From Mobula hypostoma (taxonomy: Eukaryota), in the NCBI RefSeq assembly GCF_963921235.1, contig NC_086118.1:28086001-28150000 (forward strand): a DNA stretch of 64,000 bases, given 5' to 3'. Position 1 is the first letter of the stretch; each line of letters opens with the position of its first letter. Positions 1 through 12,158 of this stretch are shown in pieces. A program made the translations under genes and the position numbers. The notes beneath the pieces were generated by a model. It did no database searches, had not been told where the DNA came from, and saw nothing but the letters and a program-made list of their open reading frames with translations.

Positions 1-59
1 TTCTGCATATACAGCACATTGAGATTACTGACTTAGATTAATAACGCAGAGAGAAGATA

Positions 60-480
60 AGGATTCCTCTCATATTTGAGCACAGGAAGAATGTGGTAAC
101 AACGGAAAGAGTGCAGAAGAAAGTCACCATGATGTTGCTTGGAATAGAGTGCTGTAGTGCAATAGTGAGACTGGATAGAGATTTACCAAATTAACAGGGA
201 TACAAATGGATAAAGTGTCACGAATCTTTGGTTTCTCAAGGCAGGAGACTCTAGAACTAGTAGGACACATTTTAGGTGAGAGGGGTTGAAATTTAAATGA
301 GTTTGAAAGGGTAAGCTTTCACACAGAGTGTGGTGATTATCTGGACTGAGCTGCTGGAGGAAGTGGCAGAGGAATATATAATGGTTAAAAGGGCTTTAGA
401 AAGGTATTTGGATTGCAAAGGCATCCAGGGAGAAGGGCCTAATGCGGGGAAAAAAGGGTTTGCTTAGATGGGCACCACAA
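60..480 (+). mobile_element. CR1 LINE 3' fragment (decayed)
   Basis: CR1 3'-end motifs such as ttcacacagagtgtggtg...ctggactgagctgctggaggaagtgg (xQRVV..W..L.EEV); boundaries approximate. Confidence 0.6.
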
Positions 481-699
481 TCATTGCAGATCAAGTCCAT
501 TTTAGAGCTACAACTCTACAGTTCCAAACCAGACACACACAATAGACGTACTTTCTTTCAGCTGTGTTGCCTAACTAAAGCCCCATTTGCTCTCTCTAGT
601 GGGTACGAAACTTCCAAAAAGAGAAACATGTAGGCCTGGTAGTTTCCTGCCCTTCTTTGAGAAAAAAAAAGCTGTACCTAACATACTTAGCATTCACTG

Positions 700-1170
700 T
701 GTAATTTATAGACAACATCTTGTAACAAAATATCTAAGTGACCGGCCAGAGAAATCATTAAACACTTATTTCAGCGGTAAATAAAATAATGTCCCATATT
801 CTCAATTCTAGAAATTTAGAGAGCTTTGTATTGAGAATAATGAACAGTTTGAAGGCCTGCTGTTGCACACAGAAGTCAAATGGCTCTCAAAAGGAACCTG
901 CTAGAGACGCTTTTATGGGCTTTTTGAAATTGTGATAAAATTCTTTGAGCACTTGAAAGCTTCATTCAGTAATAAACATAAGAATATTAGGCATGACATT
1001 TCTTATTATTTGCAAAGCTTTCTGAAATAACTCTTCAATTGCAATGAAATGATGTGAATCTTATCAAAGTCAAATCAGTGGTCTCCATGTTTTTGTCCAT
1101 GTTATCTCTATTGAAGTACAACATTGGTCATTGCAACCTTTTCCAATTTCCAAGCCTCTATGAGTTGGGC
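700..1170 (+). mobile_element. hAT (Charlie/Buster-type) transposase fossil, upstream part
   Basis: ctg ttg cac aca gaa gtc aaa tgg ctc tca aaa gga at ~860 reads LLHTEVKWLSKG, close to the hAT LLHTEVRWLSRG motif; continues at ~5305 beyond a CR1 insertion. Confidence 0.75.
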
Positions 1171-1958
1171 ATGAGAACATTAGTTTTTTGACAACAACAA
1201 GCTATTCGGCCCAATTATGCTTGCTAAATTCCTATTCAAATAGTGTGTTGAAATAACTTATCGAGTTTAGATTTAGAAGTTACTAAGGTACTACTCTCAA
1301 CTACACAAGTGGGTAGTTTGTTCCATGTATCCACTTGCTCTGTAAAGAAATGCTTCCTGATGTTAATCTGAAATCTCCCTTTAACCAGTTAAGGGCCTGT
1401 GCCCTTGATGATGGATTAATTTTGAAATAATAACTGGCACCCACTTTACTTATACCCTTAATGATGTGGAACACCTATATCATGTCTCCTTTCATTCTAC
1501 ATCTACTTAGGCTAAAAATATTCAATTCTTTCAATCTTTCTTCAGAGTTCAAATCCTGCAGACCTGGAATGAATCTAGTTGCCCTTCTCTGAACTTTCTT
1601 CACATTCCTCACAAAATATGGAGCCAAAATTGTACACAGAACTCAAGGTGACCTCACAGGAGCATTAAACAGCTTAAGGAGAATGTATTTTGACTTGAAC
1701 TCCACTGAACATATGCAAGTGATATCAACCACTCTATTGTTATCATAAACTTTAGTTGCTTCTTCATAGAACTCCAGCACATTAGTAAAACATGGTTTCC
1801 TCTTTCCGAACTCATGCTGGGATTCTGGTAACACACCTGTTCTAGTCAGCTTCTTTTCCATCTCATTTGTTATTATTGTTTCCATTATCTTGCCTGCGAC
1901 AAATGTCAAGCTTACTGGATTATAGTTACCAGTGTCAGTGTGGTCACCCTTCTTATAT

Positions 1959-2523
1959 GGTTGGTTAGTTGTTCGTCCATCTTTGACGTCGATGAGGACC
2001 TCGACACCATTATGATGGTGTCAAGACTAGCGCGTGATTTGGATTTAAGTGAGGGAGAGTTGCACAGCGTCAGCATCACTCTCTCTTCCCAATTCCCATC
2101 TGGATCCAGTGGCAAGACAGAGTCTAGACGGCTGGAGATGGGACTAGGTGCAGTGGATGACCAGGACGTCTTCTGTGTCTTGTCCTGCTCTACACGTTCC
2201 ACGACGCTTGCAGAGACCACCTTCTTGACCGTTGGACCTTCCATAGGTCTCGTCCGCTCAATCTGCCGGAGTCTGTCTTCACATGCTGGGACAGACATCT
2301 CCCTATCTCACCGAGGGTTTGAGACCCGTCGGCTATCCTCACCTGGTTTAGCCGGCTTGTCGAAGCCGTTGCCTGGGGTGTGGCCGCTGTCACATGCAAA
2401 CAGCTACGGGGAGCCACAGGTGAGAGCTGAGCGCCAGGTGGGGACCAAAGGTGGACTAACCGCCCTGAAAAGGACGCGACATGTTTCCCCACCAGAGGTG
2501 CTACCCCTCCCTGTCACCCCATA
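1959..2523 (-). mobile_element. Short non-coding retroposon (RTE-like 5'UTR plus 3' tail) inserted in CR1
   Basis: 14-bp TSD CACCCTTCTTATAT at 1945-1958 and 2524-2537; CR1 frame (WANVVPVYKKG..GNYNPVSL) rejoins when removed; 3' tail AACTAACCAACC; hairpin GACACCAT-TATG-ATGGTGTC at 2003-2022. RTE assignment is inference. Confidence 0.8.
2338..2520 (-). ncRNA. Predicted HDV-like self-cleaving ribozyme
   Basis: Minus strand: P1 GGGGUGA (2520-2514)/ACACCCC (2381-2375); P2 CUCACCUGU/ACCAGGUGAG; P3 GGC/GCC; L3 starting UCC; AG-GCAA; P4 CGGCUU-CGAC-AAGCCG; J4/2 GCUAA. Confidence 0.7.
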
Positions 2524-5304
2524 CACCCTTCTTATATACTGGAACAACGTTAGCCCATTCCAGTCCTTGGGGATTTCAACAGTTTTTAATGACTTCTGTA
2601 AAATACATGTATGTACATTTCATCACAGACTTCTTTAAATACCCTTGGATATATGTCCTCTGGTCCTGAAGATTTATTAACTTTGAGTCTTTTCAGCTAA
2701 AGCAGGGCCTCACTTTCTGAGATCACTAAGTCGCTTAAAATAATCTTATTTTTCTCTACATTTACTGGCATATTGCTAACATCTTCACAGGTGAATACTT
2801 CAATGAAGTATGAGTTAAGAGTATCCATTATGTCCTTCTCTCCATAATTTAACATCCCTTTATTATTCCGTATACTCTTAACTTCCTCCTTGATGTTTCT
2901 TTTACTAAAGTATTGGAAAAACCTCTTAGGATCAATCTTAGCATTATCAGCAATATTTTTCTCAACTTGCCTTTCGGTAATCCGATTTTCCCTCTTCCCT
3001 ATAACTTTCATATTTTCATATGCCCTATGGTTAACATCATATCTATTTTTTTGTATTCCTTATACAGCTGTTCTTTCTTCAATATTTTTATGTATATCTT
3101 TGTTCATCCACGACATTGACCTATTGTTTTTATTGTTTCTCCCAACCTTGGTTATGAACACTTCCTGCACCGAAAGTATTACCTCAAAAATCGACCACAT
3201 TGTTCCTCAACTGACTCAATGTCAAGCATTTCCTTCCAGTTTTCACCAACTTTGCCTTTCTGAAAATCAATTTAATGGCTTTGGTGTTTACTGATATACT
3301 CTCCCAAAAAATTTTGAGACCAACAATATCAGTCATTCTTAAAAACTCAACACTTAGTAGTCAAAATCCTATCCTGATTGTTACAGAATAGCAAATCTAG
3401 ACAGGCCTCCCCTCTTGTTGGTGCATTAACATACTGGGTTAAAAACACAATCATTCACGAACTAATGAATTCACTTTTCTGTAATCCATTTGATACTGGG
3501 TTCTCCCACACAGTATTTGGGAAATTGAAGTCACCTATAACTATACCATCACCCTCAGAACTTGCTTTTTTTAATATTCTGATACAGTAGTTTATTAAAA
3601 TCACTATCAGCATTAGGGGGTCTATAACATAGACCTAATGTTATTCCTTTATCCTTTATCCTTTCAATTCTCACCCAGATACCTTCACTAAGTCTTGATT
3701 CATTTCTTATCATAAACAACCTCATGTTTAAATTCTTCTTTATGTATATAGCTAATCTTCCACCTTTATGATCTTTCCTATCTTTCCTAAGTATATTCTT
3801 TAATATTACATTCATCACCATCCTTTGAGGTCAGCCATATTGCTATTACATCATACTTATATGATCTTGCATATAATTCCAGCTTGTTTATTTTATTCTT
3901 AATATTTCTTGCATTTATACAGGCCATCCTTAGTCTATTATTGATTTTTTTTTATCCTATTCCAACTCATTTTTATATTTTTGAAGCCTATAATCGATTT
4001 ATGCCCTAAAATGTTTTTCTCTACTAAGATGTTTAAACAGTTGAGCCTGGCCTGTTCTAAGTTCCCTGCTCCCCATTCCCTGGTTTAAACTAACTGAAGC
4101 ATATGCCTGCCCAGTACATTAGTGCCTCTTTGGTTCAAATGCTACCCATCACAGTGATTTAGGTTCCATCTGCCCCAAAAGGCGCCCCAATGTCCCATAA
4201 ACATATGTCCCTCCAACCTACAACATGATTTCAGCCTCTAATTAAATCCTCTAATCTCCTCCATCTTACCTAGACTGACGCATGGCACCGGCAGAATGTC
4301 CGAGAAGACCACAATATCAGTTCTGTGCCTAACCTTCCGACCTAACTCTTTAAATTGGTCTTGCAGAACTGACAGCTTACAATTACTTACAGTATGTTAT
4401 TTGTTGCAATGTGGACAATTACTGCTGGATCCACCCCAGCTCTGGCCAGTATCTTATCTACTCATCCAGGGAAGTCTCCCAGCTGTGTACCTGGTAGGGA
4501 ACATACTGTACAGGTCTCCTTGTCAACTGATTCTCAACACCTCCCCCCGATAATTAAGTCTCCTGCTACAAGTACTTCTTTTTTACAGGGCTTAGGTTTA
4601 GAATTGGAGGACCTCTGAGGCTCCTCTGTCCTGTCTACCACCTCAGAGGTTTCATGGTAGTCATCAAGCATTGTTAATTGTTCAAAATGGTTGGACACTT
4701 CCAACACTGTCTTTTTCTTTCTGGTCTGGAGTCTCAACCTGTGCTTACCTTGGGGTGAACACCATCTCCCTGAAGGACAGCTGGAGCATATATACCAATT
4801 CTGTACAACCTCGCAGGTCAGCTACCTCCTCAAGTTCAGCCACCTTGTTCCCGAAGTGTTGGATTAGCTGAAATTGCTTGCACATGTACACTCCACTGGA
4901 GCAAGTTTCCATGAATCTGAACATAAAGCAAGACTGACATTGCAGAGGCTGCATTATTATACTTTTAGGGGCAAAGAACTACTGATCTACTGAAGATTAA
5001 GTGACTGCATTTATGTGAATTCTTAAAAGTAAACTACTATTTATACTACCATTCCTACTTTGCTTCCGATGTACCAGATAGTGCCAGATGCCTAATGTGT
5101 GCTTGGACCTTCCTCAGACTTTTAAAATTTGAGTTCCTGATTAATTTCTTATCTCTGCTGGTAAACTATACCACGAAGTGTCCTTTGGACCCACTGTGTT
5201 AGACCTATAATTTCACCACCATCTAATTATCGGCTAGTTTTTTTGTTGAAAACACTTTAAGCATCTCTTTTACCACTGCCCAAAACAAGGGATGAGAAAA
5301 AAAT

Positions 5305-6056
5305 ACCAGATGATGATCTTCAGGTATACTTTACCCTCCTAGGTGAGGTATATAAAGACATTTCTGAGAGACTTTAAGATCTTCTCTCGATCCAAATTCC
5401 AGATTGGTTAATAAATTCATTCCTGAACACTTTATTGAGAAATTGACAGGAAGAATGGAGGAAGAACTGATCTCACTTCAAAATGACTGAGGTGAAGCCA
5501 CGTTTCAAAAAAAATCATAAAGATTTTTGATTCCAGAAAGAAATTTCCAAATGTTACCCTGCACTGTGGAAAAAGGTCAAGATGTTCTTTAATGCCTTTC
5601 TAACATCATATTTTGTGGAGTATGGTTTCAGTGCAGTCACCCAGATTCTTTCAAAGTAATGAAACAGTCTCCAAGTTACTGAACATGGGATCTGAGATTC
5701 CTGCTGAGTGACGTTTAGCCTGAAAAGCTGATGTCACTGCAGCAAGCCCATCCATCCCGTTGAAAGGTGAAAGAGCAATGAACAGTTGGACTACCAACGT
5801 ACACTCTAAAATTATTGATGAAAATAGTTTTCTCTGCAATTAAGTAAAGAAATAATTTTGTTTGCAGCTTTAAATAGGTTTTAATAATTTTTCATTGATT
5901 TGTCACTACTTTGAATTTGAAGTTCCTATTTTCTTTTACTATGCCACGTAAGTCAAAATACTTTATAGATTTTAAGTAATGTCAGGAAAGGGAGAAGGGG
6001 GCATTGGGGTCTGGGAACCAAGGGGGTGGCAAACCAAAAAAGTTTGGGAACCACTG
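5305..6056 (+). mobile_element. hAT (Charlie/Buster-type) transposase C-terminal fossil and right TIR
   Basis: DDLQVY-like and GFSAVTQILSK-like motifs; TIR AGTTTGGGAACCACTG at 6041-6056 (reverse complement CAGTGGTTCCCAAACT). Confidence 0.8.
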
Positions 6057-6564
6057 TTTTAAATGAAAAACAACTTAGCATTTGATTGTTAGAAGATTTG
6101 AAGTTTTTTTTTAATATAAGGCTGTAATTGAGGCCAAATCAAAAAGCTTACAAGTTTGTTTCTGAGGGGGAAATTAATAAGTCACATTTCTGGTCTATTA
6201 AAGTTCTGTGGACCCACCATTTTAGCAGTTGGGGTAATGAAAATTCATCCTTACAGATTTTACAAATCATCAAAAATTCTGAGAATAAAAATTCACTCTT
6301 AGAGAATTTATGTGCAAGTAAAAAATAAACACACAATATACACAGAGAACAGAACTAGTTTACTAAGGGCAATTGCAGGCTTACAGTTCACACTGGGGGA
6401 CACTTAAAGAAGGCAGTGTTACTTCCTGCTGACAACGAGGTTTAAAACCCTTTATTTTATTTTTAATGATATACATTTTAAATTAGAAATGTGTTATTAA
6501 CACATTTAAAACACAGAGGATCTCTGATTTATAAAAGATTTCCAAGTTGCAAAATATTTATAAA

Positions 6565-6995
6565 CAATGACAAGTATACACCGTCCCCCCGGACATTTTT
6601 ATGTTTTATTGTTTTACAACATTGAATCACAGTGAATTTAATTTGGCTTTTTTGATACTGATTAACAGAAAAAAAGACTCTTTCGTGTCAAAGGGGAAAC
6701 AGGTCTCTACAAAGTGATTTAAATTAATTACAAATAAACACAAAATAATTGATTGCATAAGTATTCAACCTCCTTCAATTCAGTATTTAGTAAATGCAAC
6801 TTTGGCAGCAATTACAGCCTTGATTGAGTCTGTGTCGATAGGTCTCTACCAGTTTTGCACATCTGCGCACTGCAACTTTTTCCCATTCTTTTTTTCCAAA
6901 ACTATTCAAGCTAGGAGAGACTGCATGGGGATCGTGAGTGAACAGTCCTTTTCAAGTCCAGCCACAAATGTTCGATTGGATTGAGATCTGGATTC
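6565..6995 (-). mobile_element. Tc1/mariner fragment
   Basis: Minus strand near 6950-7000 reads SQNPDLNPIEHLWLDLKR (Tc1 SPDLNPIE.LW motif); terminal region similar to 58151-58380. Confidence 0.8.
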
Positions 6996-7944
6996 TGACC
7001 CACATAGACACCCAAGGATATTTAATGCCCCTTTATATTTGTCAATTATCTTACTGATATGGTGCTTCCATGTCAGCATATTATCCAGCCACATGCCAAG
7101 AAATCTTACCACTGACACTTCCAGAGTTTGACTATGCAATATCAAATTGAGTGCAGGTCTATTGATCCTCTTTGTAGAACATATAAATTGTGTTTTAGCT
7201 ACTGAAAGCTTAAAGCCCCATCTACTTGCCCATTATTCAGACTTATTAATTGCTAATTGCATCCTACATACAGATAAATTGCATTTATTTCCTCTGATCC
7301 ATAAAGCTCCATCATCTGCAAAGAGTAATTTACCCTCCCCAGTCCATCTCGGAGAAAATAATGTTAATCAGACTATTAAACAATAAAGAGCTGCAAATAC
7401 TGCCTTGTGGAATCCCATTCTCTAGCCCATAGAAGCCTGAATATACTTACCTACCCTTACCTGCATTGACTGTCCAAATTAGAAACTCAGAAAAAATTTA
7501 TATAGCCTTCCTCCTACTCTTAATTTCCTCCCTCCATAACATATCATATGATTTTTCTATATCAAAAATACTGCTATTACAACTTCTTTATTTACCTGTG
7601 CTTTCCTAAAATCATCTTCCAAACAGAAATCTGAATCCAATGTCTTTCTACCCTTCTGAAATTTGCTTTGATAAAACACAACATCATCTCTTTATTTCCA
7701 AAATATAATTCAACTGTTGAATTACCATACGTTCCATAAGTTTACACAAATCGGACCTTAATGCTATTGGTCTATAACTAGAAGGATCCGATGGGGGTTT
7801 TCCGGGTTTTAGAATAGGCACTACTGCTGCCATTTACCATGAGGAAGGAAGCTGGCCTAAATTCCAAATATGATTCATAAATTTTAATATTATCTTAAAA
7901 GAGTTGTCAGCCATATGTTTAAAACATACAGTAACATATATTAG

Positions 7945-8582
7945 ATTATTAGGTTAGATTAGGTTATGAGGACACGCAGTCCTCTTTTATTGTCATTTAG
8001 TAATGCATGCATTAAGAAATGATACAATATTCCTCCGGTGTGATATCACAGAAACACAGGACAGACCAAGACTGACAAACTAACAAAAACCACATAATTA
8101 TAACATGTAGTAACAACAATGCAACAATACCATAACTTGATGAAGAACAGGCCATGGCACAGTAAAAAAGTTCAAAGTCTCTTCAATGTTCCACATCTCA
8201 CGCAGACTAGAGAAGAAAGAAAAACTCTCCCTGCCATGCCCGACCACAGTCCGACTCTGAGTCATCCGAAAACTTCGAGCCTCCGATCAGCCCTCCGACA
8301 CCAAGTACCGAGCACCATCTCTATCCGAACGATTCGACCTCAGCCTCGGTTGCCAGCAGCAGGCAAAGCCGGGGATTTTGGGGCCTTCCCTCTGGAGATT
8401 CTCGATCGCACAGTAACAGCGGCAGTGAACCGGCATTTCAGAAATTTCTCCAGATGTTGCTCTGTGCTTTCACGTCTGTCTCCATCAAATCAGAATTGTC
8501 CACGACCCCTATTTAACAGATACGATATCATTTCATTGGAGAGCTGCGTGCGCAACGTCGCGCTGCCATCTTCTCCTCTCGC
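7945..8582 (-). mobile_element. ~640-bp non-coding LINE-derived insertion, present only in copy 1
   Basis: Absent at the homologous site in copy 2 (~51085-51095); minus-strand 5' end GAGAAGATGGCAGCG; 3' end with AATAAA and (ATTAGG)-like microsatellite tail; CpG-rich. Confidence 0.65.
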
Positions 8583-8694
8583 CGTCCTTTCCTGGAGCTG
8601 TCTGATCTGTACTATTAATAACTTTTCTAAATTCACACAAAGAAAATTCTACCTCACTAATACTATCATTGCTGTAGCTAACTTCCAACACAGA

Positions 8695-9635
8695 ACATAG
8701 AAAATTGAAAATCTACAGCACATTACAGGCCCTTTGGCCCACACTGTTGTGCCGACCATGTAACCTAGTCTAGAAGCAGTCTAGCATTTCCCTACCGCAT
8801 AGCACTCTATTTTTCTAAGCTCCATGTACCTGTCTCTGGGTCTCTTAAAAGACACTGTTGTATCTGCCTCTACCACCATTGCAGACAGTGCATTCCATGC
8901 ACCCACAACTCTCTGTGTGAAAAACTTACTTCTGACATTTCCCTTGTACGTACTTCCAAGTGTCTTAAAACTATGTCCCTTTTTCTTAGCCATTTCAGCC
9001 CTGGAAAAAACCCTTTGGCTTTCCACACGATCAATGCCTCTCATCATCTTATACACCTCAATCAGGTCACCTCTCATCTTCTGTTACTCTAAGAAGAAAA
9101 GGCCAAGTTCATTCAACCTGTTTTCATAAGGTATGCTCTCCAATCCAGGCAACATCCTTGTAAATCTCCTCTGTACTCTCTCTATAGCATTCACATCCTT
9201 CCTGTAGTGAGGTGACCAGAACTGAACACAGTGCTCCAAGTGGGGAGTAACTAAGGTCTTACATAGCTGTAACATTATCTCAAAGCTCTTGAACTCAATC
9301 CAATGGTTGATGAAAGCCAACACACCATATGCCTTCTTAACAACACTGTCAACCTGTGCATTGTGCAGCAGCTTTGAGTGTCCTATAGACATGGACCCCA
9401 AGATCTCTCAGATCCTCCACACTGCCAAGAGCCTTACCATTAAAAATACATTCTGTCTTCAAATTTGACCTACCGAAATGAACTACTTCACACTTATTGA
9501 GTTGAACTCTATCTGTCACTTCTCAGCCCATTTCTACATCCTATCAGTGTCTCGCTGTAACCTCTGACAACCTTCTAGACTATCCACAACACCTCCAACT
9601 TTGGCATCATCAGCAAACTTACTAACCCTTTCACA
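8695..9635 (-). mobile_element. CR1 3' fragment
   Basis: ORFs 9084-9401 (HLEHCVQFWSPHYRKD) and 8781-9077 (MRGDLIEVYK...FFTQRVVGAWN); shared with 51195-52140. Confidence 0.85.
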
Positions 9636-9639
9636 CTCC

Positions 9640-10260
9640 CTGGATTACAAATATTAAATATTAAAGGTATTAAAAATAGTTAACACTAGTAAATATTAAA
9701 AATTTAAATTCTAAATCATAAATAGAAAATAGAAAAATGGGAAGTAAGTTAGTGCAAAAAAACCGAGAGGCAGGTCTGGATATTTGGAGGGTACGGCCCA
9801 GATCCTGGTCAGGATCCATTCAGCAGTCTTATCACATTTGGAAAGAAGCTGTTCCCAAATCTGGCCATACGAGTCTTCAAGCTCCTGAACCTTCTCCCAG
9901 ATGGAAGAGGGATGAAAGGTCTGTTGGCTGGGTGGGTCGTGTCCTTGATTATCCTGGCAGCACTGCTCCGACAGTGTGCAGTGTAAAGTGAGTCCACGGA
10001 CGGAAGATTGGTTTGTGTGATGTGCTGCGCCGTGTTCATGATCTTCTGCAGCTTCTTTCGGTCTTGGACAGGATAACTTCCATACCAGGTTGTGATGCAC
10101 CCTAGAAGAATGCTTTCTACGGTGCATCTGTAAAAATTAGTGAGGATTTTAGGGGACAGGTCAAATTTCTTTAGTTTTCTCAGGAAGTAAAGGCGCTGGT
10201 GGGCCTTCTTGGCAGTGAACTCTGCTTAGTTGGACCAAGTCAGGTCATTTGTGATATTGT
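9640..10260 (-). mobile_element. Rex1/Babar-type LINE 3' fragment
   Basis: ORF 9809-10039: IIKDTTHPAN..F.PLPSGRRFRSL......NSFFPNVIRLLN, the typical Rex/Babar C-terminus. Confidence 0.75.
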
Positions 10261-10606
10261 GATTTGTGATATTAGTGTAGTAATTAATAATTATACTTAC
10301 TGAAGATAATCTTTTAGCTAAATGTTTCTGTTAACTAGTTAGTTGGCATTTCGAATACCACAATGCACGTCACTAATTTACATCACCTCACCTTTCCTGT
10401 TCCGGTTTGTACATCTTTGGCAGACAGTGTTTATATCATAAAGTTTACAAAGACATGTTTCAAATCCTGTAGATAGCTTACTAAGTTTTTATTGAAAAAA
10501 GATATTCATTCACTATGTCAAATTCAAAAGAAGCGAAGGGCGTGAAGCGCAAAAGAACTGCAAATTTGTTTAAAATTGAATGGCTTAACAAAACAGTAGA
10601 AACTGC

Positions 10607-10715
10607 AACACAGCAAACAACATTCCTGACGAACGGTCTCAGCCTGAAGCGTCGACTGCACCTCTTCCTAGAAATGCTGCCTGGCCTGCTGCATTCACCA
10701 GCAACTTTGCTGTGT
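10607..10715 (+). mobile_element. Penelope-derived mini insertion with degenerate hammerhead
   Basis: 8-bp TSD GAAACTGC at 10599-10606 and 10716-10723; CTGACGA...GAAGC core; terminal inverted ACACAGCAAA/TTTGCTGTGT. Confidence 0.75.
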
Positions 10716-11291
10716 GAAACTGCTACACCGAAAGCTCATGAGATCATGAATGTTCAGCTACGAGAAATATTTATGTATGATTCAGAAACTGGAGTTATCT
10801 GTTCGTAATGTCGTGATGTGAAAGTTGCTGGAGAATTTGCTAGTGGAAAGAAGTGGGATGATATTTGGAAACTTGAGTTTTTGAAGAGTCATTTGGCCTT
10901 TGGACGGTATGCAAAAGCTCAGGCAACAGAATCAGTCATTACCTGTTACAGGAGTGCTACGCATGTTACGGTTGAGTGCAGATGAGCAAGAGCGAAAACG
11001 ATCAAACCCAGAGGAGATCAAAGTTCTTATTGATAGTGTGTTGTTAGCTCTTAAAATGAATACCTCTTCACATTCAGTTCAACACATTAATGAACATATG
11101 GAAAAGTATGTTCAACTCCCAGACAGCTGGCGAAGCAAAAATTATGCGTTCGAATTTCTGGCAACTATCAACTATATTGTTCAGAAAGACATTTGAAGAA
11201 ATAACATCAACTGATTTCCACACGTTAGCAGTTGATGAAACCACAGACATATCTATCAACAAATGTCTTATTCTGTACTTCAAATTCAGAT

Positions 11292-12158
11292 TGTGACGAG
11301 AATACACATAAAAATTAAGATGTTTGCTGGCCTGGGTTAGCATCAGTGACATCAGCAAGTGGTCTGCCACCTGCCCTCAGGGGAAGGAGAGATAAGGAAC
11401 AATGGAGCAGCGTCTGGAGATGTGTAATGAAGGGACGTGGGAGAGAGAGCTGTCTGGAGCGGCTCCCCCTTTTGAACCCTGAACTGTTTGAAGTGATGGA
11501 CAGGTGATACCCCAGCAGGGGGATAAAAAGGGACCGGTTTGCTAAGGCAGGACACACACGCCACCCGAGGTAACGAGACCCTGGAAGCGGTACGCATCTC
11601 ACGAGTCGGTGGGAAGTACCAAACAACGGCCAGGGTGGAAAGGTACGATCAGCGGGAACCCGGTGTGTGTCCGCCCTTGCCTGGGTGCCGGGTTCACTGC
11701 AGAGGATCGACCGCATCTGGAGGAGGGGTCACAGTCGGTGCCCTCAGGTGACATCACCAAGGACCTGCCCAAAAAGCTGCTTGTGAGCCATCTCGCCGGT
11801 CTGTGAGTGAAGCCGTGTCTGAATGATCAGTTGTTCCTGTTCTGTCTCTCTCTCCCCCCCCACGTTGTCCATCGCCATGGCAACGATTACTGCGAACTGA
11901 ACTACTAAACTGGACTGAACTTTGAGTCACTTTGAAATTTGGTCCTTTACCCCTAGACAACGATAGAGCTTGATTGATGCTGTTATCTTAATTCTGTGCA
12001 CATGTGTGTTTATCATTGCTGAACTGTTGCATTTATTATCCTTTCGATTACTGTGTTGCTTGTTTCTTTAATAAAACTTTCTTAGTTCTAGTACTCCAGA
12101 CTCCAACTGAGTGATCCATTTCTGCTGGTTTGGCAACCCAGTTACGGGGTACGTAACA
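11292..12158 (+). mobile_element. Solo LTR (867 bp)
   Basis: TG...CA ends; 4-bp TSD AGAT (11288-11291, 12159-12162); AATAAA near 12070; removal restores the hAT frame FKFRSKDCTVYK. Confidence 0.9.

Larger units (their letters stand above)
1185..5300 (-). mobile_element. CR1 LINE with 5'UTR, ORF1 (Cys motif/leucine zipper) and ORF2 (endonuclease, internally deleted RT), inserted in the hAT fossil
   Basis: ORF 4745-4954 (CQSC..M...CKQ...VAELE, ORF1 N-terminus); 3555-3821 endonuclease (GLCYRPPN); 2697-3011 linker; 1643-1909 RT start (GKIMETII...SQH.F...C.TN.LEFYE). Confidence 0.85.

Noticed and set aside
1940-2638. 232-aa ORF
   Set aside because: It is an antisense frame of a GC-rich retroposon that crosses its TSD boundaries and shows no recognisable domain.
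11292-12158. Solo LTR as the missing 3' LTR of the ERV at 26-30 kb
   Set aside because: It has a different length and sequence from LTR 30225-30654 and carries its own TSD.
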